From Candidatus Melainabacteria bacterium 17Bon1m (lineage in GTDB: Bacteria; Cyanobacteriota; Vampirovibrionia; Obscuribacterales; Obscuribacteraceae): a DNA stretch of 64,000 bases. The translations under genes and the position numbers were made by a program. The notes under the pieces are model-generated. The model had not been told where the DNA came from, did not search any database, and worked only from the letters and a program-made list of their open reading frames with translations. Below, piece by piece: positions 37,728-46,553 of the stretch; the stretch's first letter is position 1; each line of letters opens with the position of its first letter. Location of the stretch: NCBI GenBank assembly GCA_032128875.1, contig JAVLKG010000002.1, positions 416,001 through 480,000 on the forward strand, given 5' to 3'.

Positions 37728-38921
37728 TCACTCCTTGGCAACGTTTCCTTGCTTTGCGATTGCTAATTCTCTCGGTATCAGGTCAGGGAGTGCCAGATCC
37801 AGCCATTTTCTTTCTTGTGCAGAATAGAGATCAACTTCTGCTCGATCGTAAAGACCAGCTTTATTAAGTAAAACGGCTCTGTGAAAAAGACCGTCGCCCA
37901 CATCCGGCAAAACCTTAATAGCCATTGTGTAGGCCCATACGGCGTTTCCCCACCTCTCGGTATTTGCCAGCTTAGACTGAGGCACGCGTAGTAGGCGCTC
38001 GTCCTCTGCTAGTCCGATGGCAATGAATGCCTTGCCTCGCAAAAGGGGTTCGGCCGCGAGGTTCTCTGCCAATTTTTTGAAACAGCCGATAGCCTGGTCC
38101 GTTTTTCCTTGGGCGTGGCGGACCCACCCTTCTAATAAATGTGTATCGGGCAGGCTCGGGTCGGCAGCGAAGGCATCCTTGACGCAAGTGAGCGCTTGAT
38201 GGTCCAGCCCTGCCGTATAAAAGGACCAACCTACTTCCAGAATGTGCTCTGCCGTCGGTACGCGTTCTGCTTTCGCTTGTACGAAATGATGTTTTCTTGC
38301 CCACGAAGGATTGGTCTTTTCTGCAAACCACAATCTCAGTCGCTGGGAGTAAACACAATAGACCATCACCCCAACCGTAAGCAGGTGTGAAATTCCTATC
38401 GCTATCACAGCGCCCCTCTCCGGGTTGCTGTAGATAATGCGCCAGTCTCCGTAGAACCCAAAAATCGACATTATGGTGTAGAAGATGAGCGTTTCACCGA
38501 TGGACCAGAGCGCAGAATAGGTGCAAAGTGCCACCACCCATGGTGTCTTTGCCATGACTGCAATCCACAAGAAAATCAATCCTGTCAAAACTTGCATGGC
38601 GTTTCCGGCCAAGAAAATCGTCAGATATTGAGCGGAATTGAAGCTGCCATCAGGTGTTACAGACCCCCAGAGAATTCCATAATGGAAGTCTCTGACTGTT
38701 CCACCTAGCAGTAAAATGGCAGCGACGTGGCCAAGTTCGTGAATCATTACCACCGCAGGCAGTATCAATAACATTGAAGCCTGTTTTAAAATATGGCGAT
38801 CAACTGCTGTCAGCTGATCGTCTATAATTCCAGCCCAGCCTCTTTTTAGAAGGATAGCCGTGTAGATCATGATTGGAATCATGAGCCAAACAGTTAGGTC
38901 ATGCTCGTAGAGCCAATTCAT
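37728..38921 (-). CDS. M50-like (site-2 type) membrane zinc metalloprotease with C-terminal TPR repeats
   Basis: TM-embedded HELGH, FLAGN and GDW motifs; TPR-like helices. Confidence 0.78.
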   Translation of the reverse strand: MNWLYEHDLTVWLMIPIMIYTAILLKRGWAGIIDDQLTAVDRHILKQASMLLILPAVVMIHELGHVAAILLLGGTVRDFHYGILWGSVTPDGSFNSAQYLTIFLAGNAMQVLTGLIFLWIAVMAKTPWVVALCTYSALWSIGETLIFYTIMSIFGFYGDWRIIYSNPERGAVIAIGISHLLTVGVMVYCVYSQRLRLWFAEKTNPSWARKHHFVQAKAERVPTAEHILEVGWSFYTAGLDHQALTCVKDAFAADPSLPDTHLLEGWVRHAQGKTDQAIGCFKKLAENLAAEPLLRGKAFIAIGLAEDERLLRVPQSKLANTERWGNAVWAYTMAIKVLPDVGDGLFHRAVLLNKAGLYDRAEVDLYSAQERKWLDLALPDLIPRELAIAKQGNVAKE

Positions 38922-38924
38922 GCC

Positions 38925-39818
38925 TTACTTGCCGAAAAATTTGACCAGGATAATCGAGAGTCCGTAGAGTGCTATCAGGGCCGCCATAGTAACAAGCATC
39001 GAAAACGCCGTCGGGTCCGGGGTTACAACCGCAGCCAGTATGCCGGCTCCGAAAATTGCGTAACGCCAAAATTTGAGCAGATGCTTTGAGGTAATCAGAC
39101 CGGTGAAAGAAAGTGCGCAAATTACCAGCGGCAATTGGAAGCATAGTCCCATATAAAGTAGGAAAGAGCTTACCAATGAGACATAGAAATCCAGGCGCTG
39201 ATGGACTTGAATCACACCTTCGCCAAAGCTGGCAAAGAAGTGAAGCATGCTCGGCAATACTAAGAAATAAGCGAAAGCAACCCCCGTAAAGAAGAGAAGC
39301 GGGCTGCAGATGACGATCGGCAAGACGACCTTCTTTTCCGTCTTCGTCAATCCTGGAGCGATAAAACGACAAATCTCGTTGAGAATGAAAGGGGCGGCAA
39401 TGACAATGCCTGTGTAAAAGCTCACCTTTAAATAGACAATAATCGGCTCTTCCAGAGAAAGTGCCTGAAATGGAATATTGCCCGCTGGAGCTTTGAGTAT
39501 CCTCAAAATATCCTTGCCAAAATAAAGCGCAATGGAAACACCGATGAGAACTGCAAAGAACGAACGGATAATCCCCATCCTGAGTTCTTCCAGATGCTCT
39601 ATGACGGACATCACATGTCCTTCGCCATCCTTAGGAGCGGTGTCTGTATTTCCGGAATCTACTGAGTCCGACATCAGCGACAGCGCGCTGCCTTCGTCGT
39701 CCCGGATGGATTCAGCAACCAACGCAGTGCTCTGCGCCTCCGTCGATACGGCCTCGACGGGGGACTGCTGCTCTAGGTTCTCTTGATGTAGATCAGAGGT
39801 CACTTGCGTAAACGTCAC
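38925..39818 (-). CDS. tatC: Twin-arginine translocase subunit TatC
   Basis: MSVIEHLEELR, FIAPGL...EK, FQLP, VTPDP. Confidence 0.95.
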   Translation of the reverse strand: MTFTQVTSDLHQENLEQQSPVEAVSTEAQSTALVAESIRDDEGSALSLMSDSVDSGNTDTAPKDGEGHVMSVIEHLEELRMGIIRSFFAVLIGVSIALYFGKDILRILKAPAGNIPFQALSLEEPIIVYLKVSFYTGIVIAAPFILNEICRFIAPGLTKTEKKVVLPIVICSPLLFFTGVAFAYFLVLPSMLHFFASFGEGVIQVHQRLDFYVSLVSSFLLYMGLCFQLPLVICALSFTGLITSKHLLKFWRYAIFGAGILAAVVTPDPTAFSMLVTMAALIALYGLSIILVKFFGK

Positions 39819-39934
39819 AGGTTATAGAAGCTAATGATAGTGCGCGTCTCGGCAATCGTCCACAGAGACGGTTCATTTGTTTAACTACGGCTTCTTTGGG
39901 GCTTGCCAGTCCCCCTGACATGTTGTCGAAGAGA

Positions 39935-40735
39935 TTACTTGTTGAAGCCACGTTTTGAAGCAATGAAGCCTAGCGCTACTCCGGCTGCGATGGCGACATT
40001 CAGCGACTCAGAGCGCTCACTGATTGGAATGGCAATGATTCTGTCTGCCTTACACATATTTTCGTCCGTCAAGCCGTTTCCTTCATTGCCCAGCAGCAGC
40101 GCCAGTTTGTCCGGAAAGTCCGCTGTCCAGAGATTTTCCTTCGCCTTTTGATCCATCGCGAAGCTTGTGATTTGATGAGCCTTTAGCTGTTTTATTACAG
40201 CATCAAAAAGCACGTCGGCGGCAATCGGTAAAGCGAACAAAGCACCCATCGCAGAACGAACGACTTTCGGACTAAATGGATCGACTGTTCCCTTTGTGAG
40301 CACGACGGCAGTGGCTCCAAATGCCAATCCAGCGCGCATGATTGTCCCTAGATTACCCGGGTCTTGCACCGTATCTGCCACTATTATGAAAGCATTTTCC
40401 TGGTTCAAAACTTCTTCCAACTCATACCTTTTGATATGGGCTGTTGCCAAAATCCCTTGCGGTGTCTCAGTTGTAGCCAGTTGTGAGAAGAGAGAATCTT
40501 CTACGACGACAATTTCGTCTATCGCCAGGTTCGGCATGCCACTCATGCCGTTTTGCAAATAGGTGTTGCTAACGATTATGTCTTCGATTTCAATGCCATT
40601 GGAAAAGGCTTCCTGCAGCAGCTTTGCACCTTCCAATAGAAACATTCCACTTTCTTTGCGCCCTTTACGGTCGTGCAGAGATCTCACTGTCTTTAGCAGT
40701 GGATTGGCGGTACTGGCTATTTCTTTTACTTTCAC
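39935..40735 (-). CDS. TrmH/SpoU-family RNA methyltransferase
   Basis: QDPGNLGTIMR, VRSAMG, LGNEGNGL, ESLNVA. Confidence 0.93.
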   Translation of the reverse strand: MKVKEIASTANPLLKTVRSLHDRKGRKESGMFLLEGAKLLQEAFSNGIEIEDIIVSNTYLQNGMSGMPNLAIDEIVVVEDSLFSQLATTETPQGILATAHIKRYELEEVLNQENAFIIVADTVQDPGNLGTIMRAGLAFGATAVVLTKGTVDPFSPKVVRSAMGALFALPIAADVLFDAVIKQLKAHQITSFAMDQKAKENLWTADFPDKLALLLGNEGNGLTDENMCKADRIIAIPISERSESLNVAIAAGVALGFIASKRGFNK

Positions 40736-40817
40736 TTGGGTGTTCTAAAAGAGTGAAGGGCGACGCCATGCGCCGCCCTCACGAGATTCTAAACGTTCCG
40801 GCATTGCCAGAACATCA

Positions 40818-41183
40818 CTATTTCTTACGACCGACAGCGGCTTTGGCTGCGTCTACGAGACCAGCAAATGCCTTTTCATCGGTAACTGCCATGTGTGCCA
40901 AAACCTTGCGGTTGAGGTTGATGCCTTCTTTTTGCAGACCGTGCATGAAGAGCGAATAGCTCAGTCCATTGGCGCGGGTGCCGGCGTTGATGCGGGTGAT
41001 CCAGAGGCGTCTGAAATCACGTTTGCGCTTTCTTCTGTCAGCAAATGCATTGCGCCATGCGCGCATGATTGCTTGGTTGGCGGCGATGAAAAGTCTCGAT
41101 TTCGAGCCGCGAAAACCTTTTGCGTACTTGAGGATTTTCTTGTGCCGTTTTTGCAGCACATTCCCACGTTTTACTCTTGCCAT
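40818..41183 (-). CDS. rplT: 50S ribosomal protein L20
   Basis: MARVKRG...AKGFRG...[14 protein letters not shown]...LNRKVLA. Confidence 0.98.
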   Translation of the reverse strand: MARVKRGNVLQKRHKKILKYAKGFRGSKSRLFIAANQAIMRAWRNAFADRRKRKRDFRRLWITRINAGTRANGLSYSLFMHGLQKEGINLNRKVLAHMAVTDEKAFAGLVDAAKAAVGRKK

Positions 41184-41344
41184 CTTTATCTCCTTCTTGG
41201 CCCACTAATGGGCTCAGGGTTTGTGTGGTTCCTTCGGAATGTGCTTCTTGGCAATGCCAAGCGCGAAACCAGCCATCGGAGAGGAGACTTCCTTATGCAA
41301 GGCGCTCGCTCATTCGAAGGAATGCGAACATGTACAAGGACTTC

Positions 41345-41554
41345 TTAGCGAAGATACTTGGTGTACGGGAAGCACTCCAGGATGTTGTCTTCCTGGGTCT
41401 TATCGAGAGGAGCCCATCCTCTCAATTTTCTCTTGACATTTGCCGACATCCATTCGTTGATGTGGCGCTTGCCGGCTTGGCGGCGCAGGACTTTGCCAGT
41501 ACCGGTTATTTTGAACCGGCGGGCAGCCGCCTTATTGGTCTTCATCTTAGGCAT
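41345..41554 (-). CDS. rpmI: 50S ribosomal protein L35
   Basis: MPKMKTNKAAARRFKITGTGK. Confidence 0.97.
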   Translation of the reverse strand: MPKMKTNKAAARRFKITGTGKVLRRQAGKRHINEWMSANVKRKLRGWAPLDKTQEDNILECFPYTKYLR

Positions 41555-41803
41555 TGCCAGTGACCCTTTTCGTTTCTTATTGGTGGATACGAATTACGTT
41601 TTGCCGGGTTCGGCTAACGTTTCACCATCTCAAAGACAGTGAATTAAACCCCAGTTTTGGGGTCCGGCTTTTCCGCAAGCAAAGGTTGCCCCTGCGGCGG
41701 AATTGCAGAGAGGTCCATGATAACAGACTTGTCTCCAATTATGGCTGCCTGTCAATCATTGCTAAATGTTTTAGCAATCGAAAGTTCCAGAAGCCCTGGT
41801 TAA

Positions 41804-42409
41804 CTATGGGCCTGCTTTGGGCGGCTCTGGTTTTTCCAGTGGTTGCGGCTTACCGCGCTGCGGAATTGCAGAAAGGATCATGATGACGCTCTTTCCTTCC
41901 AAGCGTGGCTCTCTATCAATGATTGCCAGCTCTTTCAGCTCGTTCGAAAAACGGTTCATCAAGTCGATAGCCATCCTGCTGTGCTGCATTTCGCGACCGC
42001 GCAACATGATGACGACCTTGATCTTATCGCCCTCATTGAGGAATTTCTGCGCGTTTCGAAGCTTCACGTTGTAGTCGTGTTCTTCGATTTTGTAGCGCAT
42101 CTTTATCTCTTTGACATCGACGATATGATGCTTTTTCTTGGTTTCGCGCTCTTTCTTTTGTTGGTCGAATTTGAATCGGCCGTAGTCCATAATCCGGGCT
42201 ACGGGCGGATTGGCATCGGGCTGAACAAGGAAAAGGTCGAGACCACGTTCGCGCGCTGTGTTCAGCGCCTCACGTGTGGGAACGATGCCCAGCTGGTTGC
42301 CTTCTTCGTCAATTAGGCGTACCTCTCTGTCCCTTATGCGCTCATTCAAAAGCGGCATGTCGCGTCTGGGATCGTTGGGGCGGCGTACATCACCTTTGTC
42401 TATGCTCAA
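41804..42409 (-). CDS. infC: Translation initiation factor IF-3
   Basis: NERIR..EVRLID, PPVARIMDYG, VKEIK, GDKIKV..RGRE; GAGGAG RBS with TTG start. Confidence 0.97.
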   Translation of the reverse strand: MSIDKGDVRRPNDPRRDMPLLNERIRDREVRLIDEEGNQLGIVPTREALNTARERGLDLFLVQPDANPPVARIMDYGRFKFDQQKKERETKKKHHIVDVKEIKMRYKIEEHDYNVKLRNAQKFLNEGDKIKVVIMLRGREMQHSRMAIDLMNRFSNELKELAIIDREPRLEGKSVIMILSAIPQRGKPQPLEKPEPPKAGP

Positions 42410-42468
42410 GCGTTCTCCTCAAGATTGGGACCGATTATTAATAGTTGCCATCTGGCAAACGAAAAAAC

Positions 42469-42551
42469 TGCCGAAGGTGGGACTTGAACCCACAAGCCCT
42501 TGCGAGCACTACGCCCTGAACGTAGCGTGTTTGCCATTTCACCACTTCGGC
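42469..42551 (-). tRNA. tRNA-Leu (CAG)
   Basis: GCCGAAG acceptor stem, TGGCAAAC D-loop, CTACG-TTCAGGG-CGTAG anticodon arm, long variable arm, GGTTCAAGTCC T-arm; CCA not encoded. Confidence 0.95.
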
Positions 42552-42618
42552 GCGTGCCAACGATTCTACACCAAATTACAACTGGTTAATTCGTTGGCGC
42601 TTTGACTATTCAGGGACC

Positions 42619-42858
42619 TTAACCGTCAGCGGTATAAGCCATGAGGGCGATGTCTCTGGCGCGCTTGATGGCGACTGTCAGGCTTCTTTGGTGCGATGCG
42701 CAGTTACCGGAAATGCGTCTCGGGAGGATTTTGCCTCTTTCGGTGACGAATTTTTTCAAGCGGTTCGGATCTTTGTAATCAATATGTTCGACCTTATCGG
42801 CGCAGAATCCGCAAGTCTTGCGGCGGCGGGGCGGTCCATCTTGATTCATGCGTGACAT
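42619..42858 (-). CDS. rpsR: 30S ribosomal protein S18
   Basis: C.FC....IDYKD...[21 protein letters not shown]. Confidence 0.98.
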   Translation of the reverse strand: MSRMNQDGPPRRRKTCGFCADKVEHIDYKDPNRLKKFVTERGKILPRRISGNCASHQRSLTVAIKRARDIALMAYTADG

Positions 42859-42928
42859 TTCATTCTTCCTTTATCTATAAGTTGTGGGTTGTAGGGGCGT
42901 TACATGCGCCCGAAAAAGCGGGAGTTAG

Positions 42929-43393
42929 TTAGAACGGAATCTCGTCGTCGGATGCAAAGATTGCGTCCAGATCGTCGGTGTCGCCTGCAGGCTTAGCCTT
43001 TTGGCCGCCTTTCACTCCAGCTTTCGCCAGATTTGCTTCTCCCTTCTCTTCTGAGAATGAGCCTTGTGAGCCGGTCAGGTTGGAAAGATTCTCAACGCTG
43101 ACAGCATCCACTTCCACTTCACGACGTTTTTGACCGTCTTGTGATTGGTAGTTGTTGATTTGCAGTCTTCCGTCAACGGCAACCAGGTCGCCTTTTTTGA
43201 CTTCGGTCGAGCAACGCTCGGCTAGATCACGCCAGGTAATCACTTTGACTGGTGTGGTTTCGACTTGTCCGTCTCTGGGAGGAGATTCGACAGCGATCGA
43301 AAATTCTGTAACTGCTACGTTTGTTGATGGTGTGAAACGCTTCTCGGGAGCACGGATTACACGTCCGGAGACAACAATTTTGCTTAGGCTCAT
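42929..43393 (-). CDS. ssb: Single-stranded DNA-binding protein
   Basis: OB-fold motifs, KGDLVAVDGRLQ, C-terminal DDEIPF; lies between rpsF and rpsR. Confidence 0.96.
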   Translation of the reverse strand: MSLSKIVVSGRVIRAPEKRFTPSTNVAVTEFSIAVESPPRDGQVETTPVKVITWRDLAERCSTEVKKGDLVAVDGRLQINNYQSQDGQKRREVEVDAVSVENLSNLTGSQGSFSEEKGEANLAKAGVKGGQKAKPAGDTDDLDAIFASDDEIPF

Positions 43394-43443
43394 CAGCTAG
43401 TCCTCAATTGAGACTTGGATAGACGCATTCAAAACAACGGAAA

Positions 43444-43770
43444 CTAGGACATCACCGGTGTTTGCGATTCTTCAAAGACAACGACCAGGAAACGGATGAT
43501 GTCTTCGGAAAGGGTCATCATGCGCTTAATCGTGGCGAGTTGATCTGTCTTTACCGTGAAGACTGAGTAGACGTAGTATCCGTCTCTCATTTTGTTTACT
43601 TCATAAGCCAGGCGGCGGCGACCTTTCTTCTCGGTCAGCTCGACGTTTCCACCCAAATTCTTGATGTATTCGTCCACTGCTGCGGACACTTTATCGACTG
43701 CTTCTTCGTCGATGTTCGGACGGACAATGTAAGTAACTTCGTACTTTTCTTGCTTTTCTTTGCGTGACAA
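43444..43770 (-). CDS. rpsF: 30S ribosomal protein S6
   Basis: YEVTYIVRP, GRRRLAYEV.K..DGYY, IIRFLVV. Confidence 0.97.
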   Translation of the reverse strand: MSRKEKQEKYEVTYIVRPNIDEEAVDKVSAAVDEYIKNLGGNVELTEKKGRRRLAYEVNKMRDGYYVYSVFTVKTDQLATIKRMMTLSEDIIRFLVVVFEESQTPVMS

Positions 43771-43776
43771 GTTGAA

Positions 43777-43826
43777 TCCCCCTTATGGTCATGCGCGTCC
43801 TGCTTTGCAGGCAAGGTGAGGCAATA
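43777..43826 (-). promoter_or_regulatory. S6:S18-type ribosomal protein leader
   Basis: ATTGCCTCACCTTG-CCTGC-AAA-GCAGG-ACGCGCATGACCA-TAAGGGGG: hairpin plus anti-SD pairing with the RBS, as in the known rpsF leader. Confidence 0.6.
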
Positions 43827-44024
43827 TAAACCGGCACAAGCCGGACCGGTAATTCTAGCATGCACTGTGGTGAGCGCCCGGTGCGCTGCTGCTTTGAGCG
43901 ACTGAAACTATTGCGTAATCGTCACATAGGCAGCATTTCTTGCTATCAACTAAACTTTTGATCATGGCGCATTCTTGAACTCTTTGCTTGTCAGGTCAAA
44001 GAGATTACAATTTATCCGGAAAGC

Positions 44025-44990
44025 ATGAGGCAATCGGCAGTGGCAGCCCGTTTTCGCAACCTAATTCTGATCTCTCTTCTCTGCTTTGCGCAAGAAGCTG
44101 CGTTGGCACAGGGTTTGCAGAATATGCCCTCCTCCCAAATCATGAACACCCCGCAAGGCAATTTCCCGATAACACCAAAGGGAATGAATGGCAGTGTCGG
44201 TTCTAGCATTTGGAATTCTGTCGGCTCTCGAGTTCCAATCGGCACTCTTCTGTCGGGCATTCTTGAAGATGATCTTTCTTCTGGTAAAAATCAGCGTGGG
44301 GATGTTTTTTCCATCCGTCTTGAAGATGGCTATTTCAGAAATGGGGTAGAGGTTGTTCCGCGTCATTCAAGAATTGTCGGCTCCATCGTCAGTGTCGTGC
44401 CATCAGCACTCACTGGTCATGGGCATCCCGGCAATTTGCAAGTGAACTTACAGACAATCGTTTTTCCTGATGGAAGCAATACACCGATAAGCGGCTTTAT
44501 CGTTCATAACCCCAACATGGATGAATCGCAAAATCCGAGAAAGACAAATGCTGCAGATGCAGCAGCATATTATCCAAAGGCTGCGATCAATTCTCTGGGC
44601 ATGGTTGGCAGAACTTTGAGCGGTCGTTTGATTGGCTACAAGCCGGGCTTTAGACAGAGAGGCGCAGACTTCAGAATGGAGAAGGGCGAGATTTTAGCCG
44701 TGCGTTTGAATCGTTCGCTCGATCTTGGTCACATGTCACCTCCGCCAACGGGTTTTGCTCCCAGCAATTTACCTTCGCCGGGATTGACCTCACCGACGGT
44801 GCCTGCTCTGAAATCAGGTCAGCCTCTATTGCCTGGTCCTGCAACAATTAGTGGTCCGAATGCTGTTATGGGCGGACCGCAGCCTGCTGCCAATGCTGCT
44901 CCAGGTCTTGCGCCAACGAGTGCTCCGAACCAGATATTCAACAATCCGGTTGGACCCAAGCCCGGTTTGAACATGCCGGATCCATTTTAG
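44025..44990 (+). CDS. Exported protein with a TrbI/VirB10-like beta domain and Pro-rich tail
   Basis: Signal peptide; VPIGT.L...L...LSS...GDVF...VVPRHSRIVGSI...LQVNLQTIVFPDG pattern. Confidence 0.6.
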   Translation: MRQSAVAARFRNLILISLLCFAQEAALAQGLQNMPSSQIMNTPQGNFPITPKGMNGSVGSSIWNSVGSRVPIGTLLSGILEDDLSSGKNQRGDVFSIRLEDGYFRNGVEVVPRHSRIVGSIVSVVPSALTGHGHPGNLQVNLQTIVFPDGSNTPISGFIVHNPNMDESQNPRKTNAADAAAYYPKAAINSLGMVGRTLSGRLIGYKPGFRQRGADFRMEKGEILAVRLNRSLDLGHMSPPPTGFAPSNLPSPGLTSPTVPALKSGQPLLPGPATISGPNAVMGGPQPAANAAPGLAPTSAPNQIFNNPVGPKPGLNMPDPF

Positions 44991-45037
44991 ATTTTGTACT
45001 TGCTGCTTTTGCGTCATCGGCAAGTATTTTTGGCAAT

Positions 45038-45067
45038 AAAAAGGGAGGCAGTTCTGCCTCCCTTTTT
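45038..45067. terminator. Bidirectional intrinsic terminator
   Basis: AAAAAGGGAGGCAG-TT-CTGCCTCCCTTTTT between convergent genes. Confidence 0.85.
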
Positions 45068-45084
45068 GAATGTCTAGCGATTGT

Positions 45085-46269
45085 CTAGTCGTCTGACGAT
45101 GTCGGAGCGGAGCTGGCCATGCCTCCCCCACCCTTCTGTTGTTGGGTGGCAGCTTTGTATTCAGCTAAATGACGCCATCCTTGATGAAGAATCAGTTGAT
45201 ATGCATAGATTTGCTCCAACCACCTTCTTTCGCCTTCCGGCAGATCCGGGCGCTCCAGGCGGCGTTTGAGCGAACCTGTGATGTTGCGGGTTTCTTCGAT
45301 TGCCTTTCTGTAATTTCTTACTGTGCGCTGCAGACCTTGCGCAACCACTTGTGATTGCGATGAAGGCTGAGAAACATAAGCGGCAGCTGCTGCCGGTTCT
45401 CTCTCCGCTCTGTCGGTTCTGTCGCTTCTATCGGCCCTGTCTGTTCTATCGGGACGGTCGCGGTCTCTATCTCTATCGCGATCTCTTTGAGGCGCGCGTT
45501 TTGGCTCTTCAACATAACGATCGGTTTCAGCTGCTACACCGTTGGCATCGTTGCGTTGTGCTTGACGGCTTGCCGCTTGTTGCGCCAATGGATGCTGAAT
45601 GACATTTTTGTGGCGCTCTGCTCCACCACGTCTTCTCTCTTTGCGCTTCGCTCTGTAGCAATCGAGGCAATCACGCAGACGCGGATTCATATGTTCAAAA
45701 ACTTTGCCGCAGGTTTGGCAGGTAAGCGAATGTTTTGGCTTTCCTTCTCCCGAATCGCCTTCGGCCGGTGCGCTATCAGCATCACCTTCGACTTCAGGTT
45801 TTTCATCTTCCTCAGCGATCTCTTCCTCTTCCTTGTCTTCAGGAGGAGCTTCTTTTTTGGAGATGCGCTTGGCTGGACGCTTGTTGTCCTTCTCTTTCTC
45901 TTTCTCTTTTTCTTTTTCTTTAGAGCGAGCGGCTGGTTTTTCCTCTTCTTCTTCCTCTACTTCCGGTTCTGCCTTCACTCTGGTTGCAGTCTTGGCTTTC
46001 GCCTTACCTTTTGCAGGTTTGCGCTCGGAAGTGCGCATTTCCTCTAGCTTTTCCAGCACTTGAGGATTTGTCAGACCTTCTTCTTTGAGTTCGCGAACCT
46101 TTTGCAATTCTTCCATTGCAACATCAGGAAGAACTTTGATGCCGTTTTCGTCAGACGTGGTTTCTATATTGAACTCTGTGATGTACCGCCTGATAGTTAC
46201 TGACGTAACGTTGAGATCCTTGGCGGCCTGGGCAATCTTAGTGCCCTCTACCTTGGCGTTTCGACTCAT
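45085..46269 (-). CDS. MerR/RacA-like HTH protein with charged disordered linker, CxxC-x13-CxxC zinc ribbon and RD repeats
   Basis: IAQAAKDLNVTSVTIRRYITEF...LQKVRELKEEG HTH; CQTC...CLDC; RDRDRDRDRD tract. Confidence 0.75.
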   Translation of the reverse strand: MSRNAKVEGTKIAQAAKDLNVTSVTIRRYITEFNIETTSDENGIKVLPDVAMEELQKVRELKEEGLTNPQVLEKLEEMRTSERKPAKGKAKAKTATRVKAEPEVEEEEEEKPAARSKEKEKEKEKEKDNKRPAKRISKKEAPPEDKEEEEIAEEDEKPEVEGDADSAPAEGDSGEGKPKHSLTCQTCGKVFEHMNPRLRDCLDCYRAKRKERRRGGAERHKNVIQHPLAQQAASRQAQRNDANGVAAETDRYVEEPKRAPQRDRDRDRDRDRPDRTDRADRSDRTDRAEREPAAAAAYVSQPSSQSQVVAQGLQRTVRNYRKAIEETRNITGSLKRRLERPDLPEGERRWLEQIYAYQLILHQGWRHLAEYKAATQQQKGGGGMASSAPTSSDD

Positions 46270-46370
46270 TAAGCTGTGACCTTGAAATAAGTATCGACTT
46301 TGAATTGAGGCAGTTCTTCGGATATCGATGCATCGCTAGCATCAAATCAGAGAGTCCGGGATCGACCCAT

Positions 46371-46400
46371 TAGCTCTTAGCTTTTAGCTCTCGTAGCTCT
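46371..46400. repeat. Four near-tandem TAGCT(C/T)T heptamers
   Basis: tagctct tagcttt tagctct cg tagctct in the spacer between xerD and the HTH gene. Confidence 0.7.
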
Positions 46401-46553
46401 CAGCGAACCTTTGCCTTTGAGCAGTAAGACTCTGGCGCGGCTCACAAAGACTGGCTTTGTTATCGCCTTTTGTTGCTCGCACACCCGTAGGTCGCCTCTG
46501 AGCAACTGACCCTAAGTTTATCTCTATATATGCCGGAGGTTACTGTTCAGGAA

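Noticed and set aside
44025-44990. VirB10-like protein as a sign of a type IV secretion system
   Set aside because: No other T4SS genes in the window; such domains also occur alone
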